A DNA stretch of 64,000 nt from Schizochytrium sp. TIO01 (Eukaryota > Protista > Bigyra: Labyrinthulomycetes): NCBI GenBank assembly GCA_004764695.1, contig SMSO01000037.1, forward strand, positions 1,216,747-1,280,746, written 5' to 3'. This document shows positions 21,406 to 31,018 of the stretch, in pieces. A program made the position numbers and the translations under genes. The notes beneath the pieces were generated by a model. That model ran no database searches and was not told where the DNA came from. It saw only the letters and a list, made by a program, of their open reading frames with translations. Position 1 is the stretch's first letter. Each line of letters begins with the position of its first letter.

Positions 21406-22317
21406 ATGGCACGAACAAGGTCCCAAAAGGCTAACGAAGGTGGAGCTGCCGCTGACGCCGCTGCTGCAGCTGCTGCAGCGAAGGAGATTAGCGAGAAGGG
21501 TGCCAAAAGACCAGCTCGAGAGTCTACTTCGTCATCAAAGAGAAAATCTCAGAAAACTGGTATTGAAAAGGATGCACAAGAAGGCACTCTGAGCAAGAAA
21601 CAAGAAACTGCTGAAGCCCAACCAAAAAGCTCGACTGCATCGAGCAAGGGCCGTGCATCTTCAAAGGTAGGAAAAGAGAATCCCCAGCCTTCGATTGAAG
21701 AACCTGCGTCTTCAAAAGACACCCTTGACTCGCAAGCTTCTTCAATCAGCGAGAGTGCTGATTTGAAGAAGATGCAGGTTCCACGCGATTACGTTGCGTT
21801 TCTGAGAGGGATCAATGTAAGCGGCGCGAGACCTGTGCCAATGGCCAAGCTGAGACAAGTTCTTGAGGAGGTGCCGGGTCTAAGCAAGATCTCAACGTTG
21901 TTGCAAACTGGAAATGTCAAGTTTACCACAGATCAAGACCCCATCCAGATCCAGCAAACTCTTGTTGATGTGATTGAGGAGAATTTCGGATTTGAGGTCC
22001 CAGTTATGGTGCGCAGTGTTACAGACTTGAAAAAGTGTTACGAGAAGAACCCCTTTTTAAAAGAGGCTGAACAGGACTATCGAAAAGTTCATTTTGCTCT
22101 GTGCCAAGATACCCCCAATGCCGAGCTTGTCGCCGCTGTCAAGGCGCTCGCCCCCTACCCGCAGGATGAGCAGTTATGCTTTGCTGGAGACTGCATTTAT
22201 CTGCACACACCGAATGGATATGGGCGCGCCAAGGTGAACAACAATTATTTAGAAAAAAAGCTGGATGTAGAGATCACCTGCCGCAATTCTAAAACAATAG
22301 CGAGCTTAATCTCTTGA
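21406..22317 (+). CDS. DUF1697 domain protein with basic low-complexity N-terminal extension
   Basis: YVAFLRGINVSG..VPMAKLR, TLLQTGNVKF, IEENFGFEVPVMVRS, NPF, GYGRAK and T.RN.KT match the DUF1697 pattern. Confidence 0.85.
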   Translation: MARTRSQKANEGGAAADAAAAAAAAKEISEKGAKRPARESTSSSKRKSQKTGIEKDAQEGTLSKKQETAEAQPKSSTASSKGRASSKVGKENPQPSIEEPASSKDTLDSQASSISESADLKKMQVPRDYVAFLRGINVSGARPVPMAKLRQVLEEVPGLSKISTLLQTGNVKFTTDQDPIQIQQTLVDVIEENFGFEVPVMVRSVTDLKKCYEKNPFLKEAEQDYRKVHFALCQDTPNAELVAAVKALAPYPQDEQLCFAGDCIYLHTPNGYGRAKVNNNYLEKKLDVEITCRNSKTIASLIS

Positions 22318-24812
22318 CAACCTAAGTCAACAGAAGATCATTTCATTACCTGGGCCTTGAAACAATTACATTTCAACATCTACCTATATCTATGTTTTAT
22401 TTCTAGGCTCGGCGTATCTTAGCTTCGCCGCATGGTCTCTCGCGGTCGCTAAATAGAGTTCTTTAAGAATTTATCGTAAGTAGGTTATTTTTTGTTTTGT
22501 TTACTGGGCGGAGGGATTTAGGATATAGCTAGAAAATGTTGTTGGGTGTGATTTTACTATTCCTGCCTCGTTTAAGCTGCGAATGGGCACATTATAGTTT
22601 TTGATAAATTTCCGGAAAATGTCTAAATGCAAATTATGAGAAGGTTCAGTTTCACATCCTGTTGTCCAACAGCAAATATGAGTCAATCTATGCAGATTTT
22701 TTTTGTTGAGCTCTAAAGCCGTGCCCGGAAAACCATCTGTGTTGACCGTCGAATTGTTTCGTTTACTTTCACAAGTAAAGCTTGCCTCGAAGTCAGACCT
22801 TGAGTTCTTCATGAGCTGCGCATTTCCCTCTCTAAGACTATGACTAGGCTGCAAACAGCAAGCCATAGAGCTTGCTTAAGAGCTTAATAGCACGACTATA
22901 ATCGTGAACTACGGCTTCGCTCAGGCGTTGTCATACTGGGCAAACTCTCGCATAGAAACTAGAACAGTCCAGGAATGAGCAGCAATATTCTTCATTTCCT
23001 AGCAGCATGTGGGTTGATATCATAAGGATTTTCAAGAACACAACAGCATCGAGTCTGTCTTTGCGTGCCTTCGATGCTGCCTGTGTTAATTTAGAAAACA
23101 GCCTCGAGGAAGACTTTAAGAATGCTCTTATAGCACACAGAAAATGTCCGACATTTGTTGCGCAGCACGAGGACATTCCGGTGGAAATTTGTATTTTGTA
23201 AACCCGCTGCGTATACTCTATCCCACTTGAGACACAGCAGCGGCTGTGGCGAACGACTCAAGCATGGACAAAGGAGCCAAAATTCTAAAAGTCTTTAAAC
23301 AAACGGGCTAGAATAATAGAGGTTTCTCCAATTAGTGCAGGCATCTTTGCAGTACTCGCTAATGAGCAACCATTTACAAATAGCTTAGGTAGACCAAATA
23401 TGTCGCGTGTGCTCCCGCCAGCCCGAAGAAGAGTTCTGTGATAGCAGAACCCAAGCGTCCTGACCCAGTCAACCAAATCAACGCTTTGCTACCGCTCTTG
23501 ATGTTATAAAAGCTAGACCTGCCTGAATTCCTGTAAAAGAATTAAACTGAAACCTGCAATTGATAAAAATATTAATATGTTTTTGGCAAAGCCTTGCTTT
23601 AGAACAGGATCTAGCTGCACCACTTCGAAGTCGCTGGAAAAGGTCAAACCAAATCCAGAGAACTCTCCAAGGCCTAGGTTCCGCTTGACATGAGTTCTCA
23701 ACGTCTCAATTTCCTCTTGACAGAACGAGCTGCTAAGCCAATCTAGCAACCTGAGGGGCTCGGAGGAAATCAGCCCTGCAAATAAATGGTTTCCTTTCGT
23801 TCCATCAATCACCTCCTCATTATGTAGAGCTGCACATGCTACCTATAGCATGCTACCTAGAACACTAGGAGTGCCTGTAGGTGCCTGTTTTCATCTTTTC
23901 TGTTGCTTCATGAATATGGGTTCATTTCTGCTTATTCTCTTTGGAGAGTTGGAAAAGGGCACAAAAGAAACGGCATCCTTCTCTTCGTCCCTTTCTATTC
24001 AGCATTAGCTTCAACTCCAACTTCAACTCCAACTTCGACTCGGACTTACAAATTCATTCTACAAATGAATCCTAAAGATGATGAAAGATCACTTAAATGA
24101 AAAAGAACAACAATAACACAGTAACATAATGGTCATCGTTATCGTCATAACAATAAATAAAAAGACTTTTCATTCATTTCCTTTGAGTTCTTCTCTCTCA
24201 TTGAACAAAAAGCACAGCAGCAGCAGCTCTGCTAGAAGGTACCTATGCGACCGTAGGGACAGAAACCAATAGTTCAGGCATCCAATCCGAAGGCATTATT
24301 CCGAAGCGAATTTGGCGACGCCTCTTTGAGATGAAAGTGACTCGTTCTCGTTGCGATGCCGATGCTGCTGTTGAAGTTGAAGTTGCTGAAGAAGTCGAAG
24401 AATTTGTCGGCGGTGGTGGTCTTCAACTTCAAGTTATTTTATTTATTCAGGATTTTCCAATTCGCTTTGCTTTGCTTTGCTTTGGGTTGGGTTCGGTTGG
24501 GTTGGGACAGTGGAGCAGTTTCGAGATGGGCTCTCTCAATGGCGCTCGAGGTAAGCTGGCAGAAGACAACTGAGGCGGGTGAAAAGCTGAAGAAACACGC
24601 AGCAACGCCAACGCTGAGGACACCATAGACGCGCAGTGCTTACTCGCTTGCCTGCCAACTAGGCCGTTCTGGCGAGGAAATAGCAGGAGACTGAAGCGGT
24701 AAGTGCTGTGAGTGAAATTGATTCATCGTTTGTTTGTTTGTTTGTTTATTTAGTGCAAGTAAGAGGTCTCTAGCTAGGACTAAGGGAGGTAGCTTGGTAC
24801 TTACTGCACATG

Positions 24813-24816
<4 letters not shown>

Positions 24817-24846
<30 letters not shown>

Positions 24847-24904
24847 TGTATGTATGTATGTATGTATGTATGTATGTATGTATGTATGTATGTATGTATG
24901 TATG
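24817..24904. repeat. (TATG)22 microsatellite
   Basis: Perfect tetranucleotide tandem repeat. Confidence 0.95.
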
Positions 24905-25253
24905 TGTGAGTGGATGTATGCGATATTGAGATTGAGGTTGAGGTTAGCTTTGTGGTTTTCGTGATGGGGTTGGTGGGGGTGGTAGGTTTTGCTTCTTCGA
25001 TGGGCTGTTTGCGAACGCGTGGGCTTTATTTATTTTTGCTTCCCGATGCCATGATGTGATATTGGATATGGAATGGAAACAGTAATGATTTTTAATGATT
25101 TTTATTTTTAATAAAAATGATAACTTTTCACTTTAAATAGATTACTGTTTCTTTTTAGAGGTATCTGACAGTGCGAATGCGAGTGAACATGAAGTCGGGT
25201 TTGCTGCATGCAGATTAGAATCGCCTGAGTGAGTGGGGCCGCGTTGGTGCAAG

Positions 25254-25814
25254 ATGAGTCTTGTGGAGGCGTCGAGGCGCGTGCTGCTGCAGAAGCAGCT
25301 CCTGCTGAGCACAATGGAGAAGCTGGGCTGCTATGAGGCGTACACGCATAAATGCTCCGTGGTAGGCGCCTCGATTGGAGGACATGTGCGCCACGCACTG
25401 GACCACTACGACAGGGCTCTCGACGGAATTCTGGAGAAACGAGCGGCCACGAGTGTTGTAGACTACGACACAAGAATTCGTGGTGGGGATGTAGAAACTG
25501 ATTTGAGTGCTGCTATTGAGGCCATCATGGAGTGCAGCTTTAAGCATGGCCAGATTACGGAGGAGATGCTGACCAAGCCGCTCAAGGTCCAATTTAACCT
25601 TTCCGGATCCGACGAATCGAAGCATACTTTTGAGACAAACGCAGCACGGGAATTATGGTTCGCGGCGCACCATAGCATTCATCACCAGGCAATGATCAAG
25701 CTCATCATTCGCTGCCACGTCGAGAACGATATGCTTAAACAGGCGCTCCCTAAGGATTTTGGCATGGCGCCTTCCACTATCATTCACGCCAGTCACGCCA
25801 ACTTGGATAAGTAA
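25254..25814 (+). CDS. DinB/YfiT-like superfamily protein (putative metal-dependent thiol transferase fold)
   Basis: Motifs SIGGHVRHALDHY, VDYDTRIR, RELWFAAHHSIHHQAMI and FGMAPST. First ATG is at 25254. Confidence 0.8.
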   Translation: MSLVEASRRVLLQKQLLLSTMEKLGCYEAYTHKCSVVGASIGGHVRHALDHYDRALDGILEKRAATSVVDYDTRIRGGDVETDLSAAIEAIMECSFKHGQITEEMLTKPLKVQFNLSGSDESKHTFETNAARELWFAAHHSIHHQAMIKLIIRCHVENDMLKQALPKDFGMAPSTIIHASHANLDK

Positions 25815-26329
25815 ACGCTTCTTGACACTGGGTTCTTGAAGAATCGATGCTCGCATCCAACCGTCTTACCTGGAAGGCAGCGCGCCTGCCTCTCAGAAAA
25901 TAAAATATATTTTGTACGATGCCTTACTAGTCTGTTATCATTCAACTTCTCCTCAGTTCCTCTCTTGACCTTATTAGGTGTCTATCAATTTGATGTCTCT
26001 GCACAATGGCTTCGACGTTCTATATCACAGCTCTTTTGAATGTTCCTGGTGCCCTGGTGCGATTCTTGTCGAGAAATGGGCATCACTAGAAAATACTTTG
26101 TTTTCAGCATACTCGTCAAATGCAGAACAGTAAAATCTTCGGAACCGGAAGCTTGCAAAAAGCGCAGTCTTGATTTGCAGTCCCCATGTTGCAAGCGAAT
26201 CATAAAAGTTAAAACTTCGTTCTTCTCTTTTCTTTTTAAATTTTAGAATAAGCGTTCTAAACCTAAAGATACTGCTATCATTTCATTCACGCAGTTGAAT
26301 CATATTTTAAACATTTCAGATTGCACAGC

Positions 26330-29300
26330 TTAAAAAGCAAATGAATCGTTCAGAGTTGGAGTAGTGTCACCCCATGCAGAAAGCGAACCATGACGCATCA
26401 ACCGATAGCTATCAGCATCACTTGATTCTGGTAGAAGCTTTGCAGGGGCTTTCAAGGAAGGGTGTTGAAACTCCACAGTAGATTTGGGCTTGCCATGAAT
26501 AATGTCGAGCTCAGACGCATCGCCAAGGGGAAGGAATCGGGACGGTCGTTCATACGCATTTTCGCAAAACAGCATAAACGATAACGTCAGAAAGACTAGG
26601 GGTATCATCATCGAGACCGATGTAGGAGACCCCTGGACACTGAAAATGCCAAGCATTACCAATTGGAAAATCACCACTGAAGTAATCAACGCCCGGAACA
26701 CATATGGAAACATAAGTCCTCCGCCTTCTCGCTCATGGGTATATACATACAAGAGCTGATTGCGGTAAACGAGGGTAGCCACGAGGAAAAAAATTAATGC
26801 CACAAAGGTCATAGGTGGACATATGACTGAGTAGCAAAGGCCAATAGAGAAACAAAGAGTAATATTCGAAATTGTGCGCTCAATATTGCCGCCTGGAGGA
26901 TGATCGATAGTAGACCAGCCACAGCAAGGTGTGCGACGGTCACGTGCAGTACGAGAACTGACAAACATACCGCGAAATACTGCTATACTGATGTCTGCAA
27001 CTCGCAAAAGCTCCAGCGTAAGCAGAAAAGTTCTTGTGACAAAGTATTGTAGAAAAAAAAGCTGGTTTGATGGTAGCGCGCGACCCATGAGACTTAGAAA
27101 CTCAATGGGCCGGTTAACAATAGAACTGAAATGCTGCGTCAGCCCACCGGCCACTGTATAAAACAAGAATACCTGGATCAATAAGAAGTAATAGTAAACC
27201 TGAAAAAACTCGATCTGAACCTCCGACATGAAGCGACGACGCTGGAGTGAAAGTACAAAGTTGATAATTGGAGGGACCAGCGTGTATAGGACCACCATCA
27301 TCATCGGGGTCAATTCTTGAAAAAGCATGATCCACTGACCGTGAATCGCAAGCCATTCCCGCAGACCAGGAATTACCTTTTGCAAATAGGTCAGATTTGT
27401 CAACGCAGCCAAAGAGGCTGTAATCGTACCGAACACGACCACGACAGCCGCAAGAATAGTTCTAATAAGCCAGGTGAAAAGTGCAAGAACAGGCAGGGGT
27501 AAACCAAGGTTTTCCCATAGCACATCCCGAACATCTGGTGCAACGGAAATGCTCATTTTCAGAGGGCGATCAATGGTAGATTGAGCCGCTGCCATTGCAG
27601 CCGTGAGAGATGAGAAAGTAATGAAGGCAGAAGTGCGCTCATTCTGATCTACTGCATACCGCAAGATATCATCAAGGCCAGCGTGTTCAAAAAGGTTTAC
27701 CTGACCATCATCCGACGTTGCATAACCACTAAAGCCATCATCATCATCAAGCATGTATTCACTTTCATCATCTCCTTCAGATGTAGCAGATGACAGACCC
27801 ATTTCAGAGTGTTTACGCTCAGCGAGAAGGGAGCGTAAAAGGGCATTCTGACCATCATCCCAAGGCACAGCTAGCGGAGTGACTGCGGCAGAGTGGCTAC
27901 TTCGACCTGACGAGCTTCGCGTCGCTGTTTCAATATCTGACAGAGGCGGGGGTCTACTTTCAACGCTTCGCCGGCGACGGAAATCAGGCTCGCCCGACGC
28001 CGCTACTTGTTGTTGCTGTTGCTGTTGCTGTTGCTGCATTGCGCGATTGGGCTGCTGAAAACCAGTCGCCCCCGAATACCCAACGTCTTGTACACCAGGT
28101 GAAGAGGCAGTCTCAGCGAATGCATTCTCCGAGCCTGCTGACGAGCGCTGACGCAGTTCGTTTAGGCCTGAGCTACTGTGACGCCGTGTGTAGTTATTGC
28201 TACGACGACTTTTTCGTTCTTGCTTCAAACGCAAACGAAACTGGTCTTGGACTACCTGCTGTGAAGGAATTACTACATTATTAATTGCATCCTCTTCAAT
28301 TCGTCGGCGTCGACGCTCTGCACGTTGCTGTAAGCGTTTGACACGCCGATTCCAAACCTTTAGTTCACGCTTGTAGGATTTGATGGAATCAATGTACATG
28401 CAAATATTAAAGTGGGCCATCAGCCAGAGGCAGTAGCTTCGCCTGCGTCCACGGCGCCCTGCCCGTGTTGCCGGTTGAGAAGATCGTGCACCTCCTTGAA
28501 GACTTCTACCATTGTTACGGTTAAAGGCATTCGAGTTGACTTGAGCACCAGAGTGCTCGTTCATATAACCTCCAGCCTGAAGGTCACGTTGCCAGTTTTC
28601 GAGGTACGCTCGCTCTTCATCAATGCTGTCGTGCAGACTAGCATTCGGAATAGTGCTAGGCTCTGAGCCTGTGGCGTTGCCGAAATTTTCTATGCCAACT
28701 GAGGTGACCGTATCAAGCTGCACAAAACTCTGGTCCTCCTCATCGTCATCTTCGTCATCTTCGTCATCATTGTCTTCGTCATCATGGTCTTCGTCATCAT
28801 CTTCTTCGTCTCCAGCCCGTCTATGATTTCTTCGCTCTTGGTTTTGTTGTTGAAAGCGATCCCTGCCTGAAGTATTACTCTCGTGGCCTGAATCGCTAGT
28901 TGCCTGTGTTGGCGTTTCATCAAAGGTCTGACCAGATCCTTCGGCATTGCCATCTTCCAATAAGGGATCTCCGTCTTCAAGCAATGCCTGGTCCAGAGCA
29001 ACCTCAACTGTGTCCTCACGTTCAAATACCTGGTAAAAGACACCTAAGGGTGCCATGCGCTGGCGAATCTGACCGCACATCCACGGAAAGTACAAGCGCC
29101 AAGGGCGCTTGCCAGTGTTGTCATAAGTGTAAAGAGCACGTTCAAGGTTCGCAACAGCGTCCAAGCGTTTGCGAATTGCGTAATTGAGCATTGGATCGCT
29201 CTCCACAACATTCGCGGTGAGCACACGATTACCAAAGATTTTTCGGAAGTAGTGTAAAAGCGCTGGGCGACTACAAAGTGCCTTAGGGATACGTTCCACA

Positions 29301-30412
29301 AGAACAGTATAACTTGATGGGGAAAGCCTTCTCAAAAATTCATGGCGATGTCGGATATACTGTTTGTATTCATCATGTAAAAAGTAGAGGACAATTACCG
29401 AGTTCACATAGGTCATCACAACGGCGGCCCAAATTCGTCCATCATTCGAGTGACTCTCCAGCAGCGAGTCAATCGTATACTTCTTATACCCTGATGCCTC
29501 AGGACTCGCTTCAGTTGCGTATAGTGGAACCAGCACAAACAGACAACACGGAGTCATGTATAGGAACGTTTTACAGCAGAGCACTAAGAGTCTATTCATC
29601 ATAAAAGCATCAAGGCCTACCTCATCCAAAACTCTTCTCGAGGCCGTTCGGCCAGAAAGGCTCCTGATCCATGTAAATATCCCTTTTGGAGGATTTTTGG
29701 GTGGGATTCTTGCAGTAAGTAGCCTTGGGGCAAATATTTTTCTGGCCCATCCTCCTTTGGATGAATTGTACCTTAACACTGCAAAAACTACAAAGAAGAC
29801 AAAAAAACCTACAGTTGCAGACTGGCATGACCTCAAAAGTGTATCTACGGGAATATCCGGCTTGATAGCAGGGGTAGGTTCCTCTGTAGGTTCAAAGGTT
29901 GGAACTCCGGTTGGTGGATCCACAGTCGGCACAAAGGTTGGAACTCCAGTTGGTGTATACGTGGGGTTAAAAGTTGGGATAGTAGAAGGCACTTGAGGGT
30001 CAGTAGGTTTTAGAGTTGGCACGAATGATGGCGTTGAAGTTGGCCTCACAGTTGGCCGCAAGGTTGGAGTTGAAGTAGGTTCCAAAGTTGGCTTTGAAGT
30101 AGGGACTGGGGTCGGATCCATTGTTGGATCTGAGATTGGAGGAGTGGGCAATAATGTCGGATAAAAGGTTGGTTCTAAAGTCGGCAATGAAGTAGGCTGC
30201 GACGTTGGCTTCGAGGTGGGCTCCAACGTCGGCTTCGAGGTGGGTTTAGAAGTTGGCATCATCGTCGGTGTCAAAGTTGAAGTGGGCTTTGCTGTCGGTT
30301 GAAAAGTCGGATCCCATGTTGGCGTTCCCGTCATCTCAGAAGGTGCATCTGACGGTGCTGATGAATCTTCGAGGCTCTCCCATGACGCCCGAGGCTCCCA
30401 CTCGGCCGGCAT
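26330..30412 (-). CDS. OSCA/TMEM63/CSC1 family mechanosensitive cation channel with N-terminal Pro-Thr repeats
   Basis: Motifs IFAPR, GLDAFMMNRLL, YTVLVERIP, AFITFSS, APDVRDVLWENL, LPSNQLFFLQY, YRNQLLYVY and GGLMFP, with about 11 hydrophobic segments. Confidence 0.9.
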   Translation of the reverse strand: MPAEWEPRASWESLEDSSAPSDAPSEMTGTPTWDPTFQPTAKPTSTLTPTMMPTSKPTSKPTLEPTSKPTSQPTSLPTLEPTFYPTLLPTPPISDPTMDPTPVPTSKPTLEPTSTPTLRPTVRPTSTPSFVPTLKPTDPQVPSTIPTFNPTYTPTGVPTFVPTVDPPTGVPTFEPTEEPTPAIKPDIPVDTLLRSCQSATVGFFVFFVVFAVLRYNSSKGGWARKIFAPRLLTARIPPKNPPKGIFTWIRSLSGRTASRRVLDEVGLDAFMMNRLLVLCCKTFLYMTPCCLFVLVPLYATEASPEASGYKKYTIDSLLESHSNDGRIWAAVVMTYVNSVIVLYFLHDEYKQYIRHRHEFLRRLSPSSYTVLVERIPKALCSRPALLHYFRKIFGNRVLTANVVESDPMLNYAIRKRLDAVANLERALYTYDNTGKRPWRLYFPWMCGQIRQRMAPLGVFYQVFEREDTVEVALDQALLEDGDPLLEDGNAEGSGQTFDETPTQATSDSGHESNTSGRDRFQQQNQERRNHRRAGDEEDDDEDHDDEDNDDEDDEDDDEEDQSFVQLDTVTSVGIENFGNATGSEPSTIPNASLHDSIDEERAYLENWQRDLQAGGYMNEHSGAQVNSNAFNRNNGRSLQGGARSSQPATRAGRRGRRRSYCLWLMAHFNICMYIDSIKSYKRELKVWNRRVKRLQQRAERRRRRIEEDAINNVVIPSQQVVQDQFRLRLKQERKSRRSNNYTRRHSSSGLNELRQRSSAGSENAFAETASSPGVQDVGYSGATGFQQPNRAMQQQQQQQQQQVAASGEPDFRRRRSVESRPPPLSDIETATRSSSGRSSHSAAVTPLAVPWDDGQNALLRSLLAERKHSEMGLSSATSEGDDESEYMLDDDDGFSGYATSDDGQVNLFEHAGLDDILRYAVDQNERTSAFITFSSLTAAMAAAQSTIDRPLKMSISVAPDVRDVLWENLGLPLPVLALFTWLIRTILAAVVVVFGTITASLAALTNLTYLQKVIPGLREWLAIHGQWIMLFQELTPMMMVVLYTLVPPIINFVLSLQRRRFMSEVQIEFFQVYYYFLLIQVFLFYTVAGGLTQHFSSIVNRPIEFLSLMGRALPSNQLFFLQYFVTRTFLLTLELLRVADISIAVFRGMFVSSRTARDRRTPCCGWSTIDHPPGGNIERTISNITLCFSIGLCYSVICPPMTFVALIFFLVATLVYRNQLLYVYTHEREGGGLMFPYVFRALITSVVIFQLVMLGIFSVQGSPTSVSMMIPLVFLTLSFMLFCENAYERPSRFLPLGDASELDIIHGKPKSTVEFQHPSLKAPAKLLPESSDADSYRLMRHGSLSAWGDTTPTLNDSFAF
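28007..28036. repeat. Coding CAG/CAA repeat (poly-Q10) within the OSCA gene
   Basis: Directly visible; translates as Q10. Confidence 0.85.
29870..30340 (-). repeat. Coding PTxx tetrapeptide repeat region (mucin-like PT repeat)
   Basis: Translates as PTSKPTSKPTLEPTSKPTSQPTSLPTLEPTFYPT and similar units; boundaries are approximate. Confidence 0.85.
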
Positions 30413-31018
30413 GACGACGTGACGTTCCTACTTAATTCAACGTGACAACCGCCAGCCGTGCCAGAGCCACGCCACTATGGCAGTGCCTGGGGAAGACTCC
30501 GCTCCAGGGCTGCTGGCGCCCAGTCGCCAACAGTCCAGATGCTCAAACTGGCAATAAGAGCCTGATCTTTCTTGTCATGCATTCAGAATTGCATCGATGT
30601 TTCCAAGAAAAGCAATTTATCTCTAGTATGTTTCCGCTGCCGGTATAGTGTTGTATGTGCATGATCATCATGGCCTTCATGATTGTAGTTACCTACCTAG
30701 TAGTAGCTACTGCACACTAATGAGAGTGGTGAAACTACGCATATTAGTATGCTTTTATCAATATGTGTAATAGTATGCTACTTTAATCATATCTCTGAGT
30801 CTGCTCGAGTTTAGATTTTGTTGAAAAGTGAGGACGTAGGTAAACCTGATTGATCTTGCCGACCTGGAGCTCGAGGCCCGGCCCTTGCGAGCGGCAAGTG
30901 TAGGCTTGAAGGTGTTGCTGGGTAGGAGGCTGGTACTTGGCTCTTGAAAGAGGTTTAGTGAAAGTTGAAGTAGCCATGCCTGCACCAGCTAATACAGGTG
31001 GCACACGGAGTGACAGTG

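Noticed and set aside
24734-24964. ORF with MYVC repeats
   Set aside because: It is a translation of the (TATG)22 microsatellite.
29870-30340. Short periodic repeats resembling a CRISPR-like or satellite array
   Set aside because: They are degenerate 12-nt coding repeats for PTxx within the OSCA ORF, with no identical repeat plus unique spacer structure; the context is eukaryotic.
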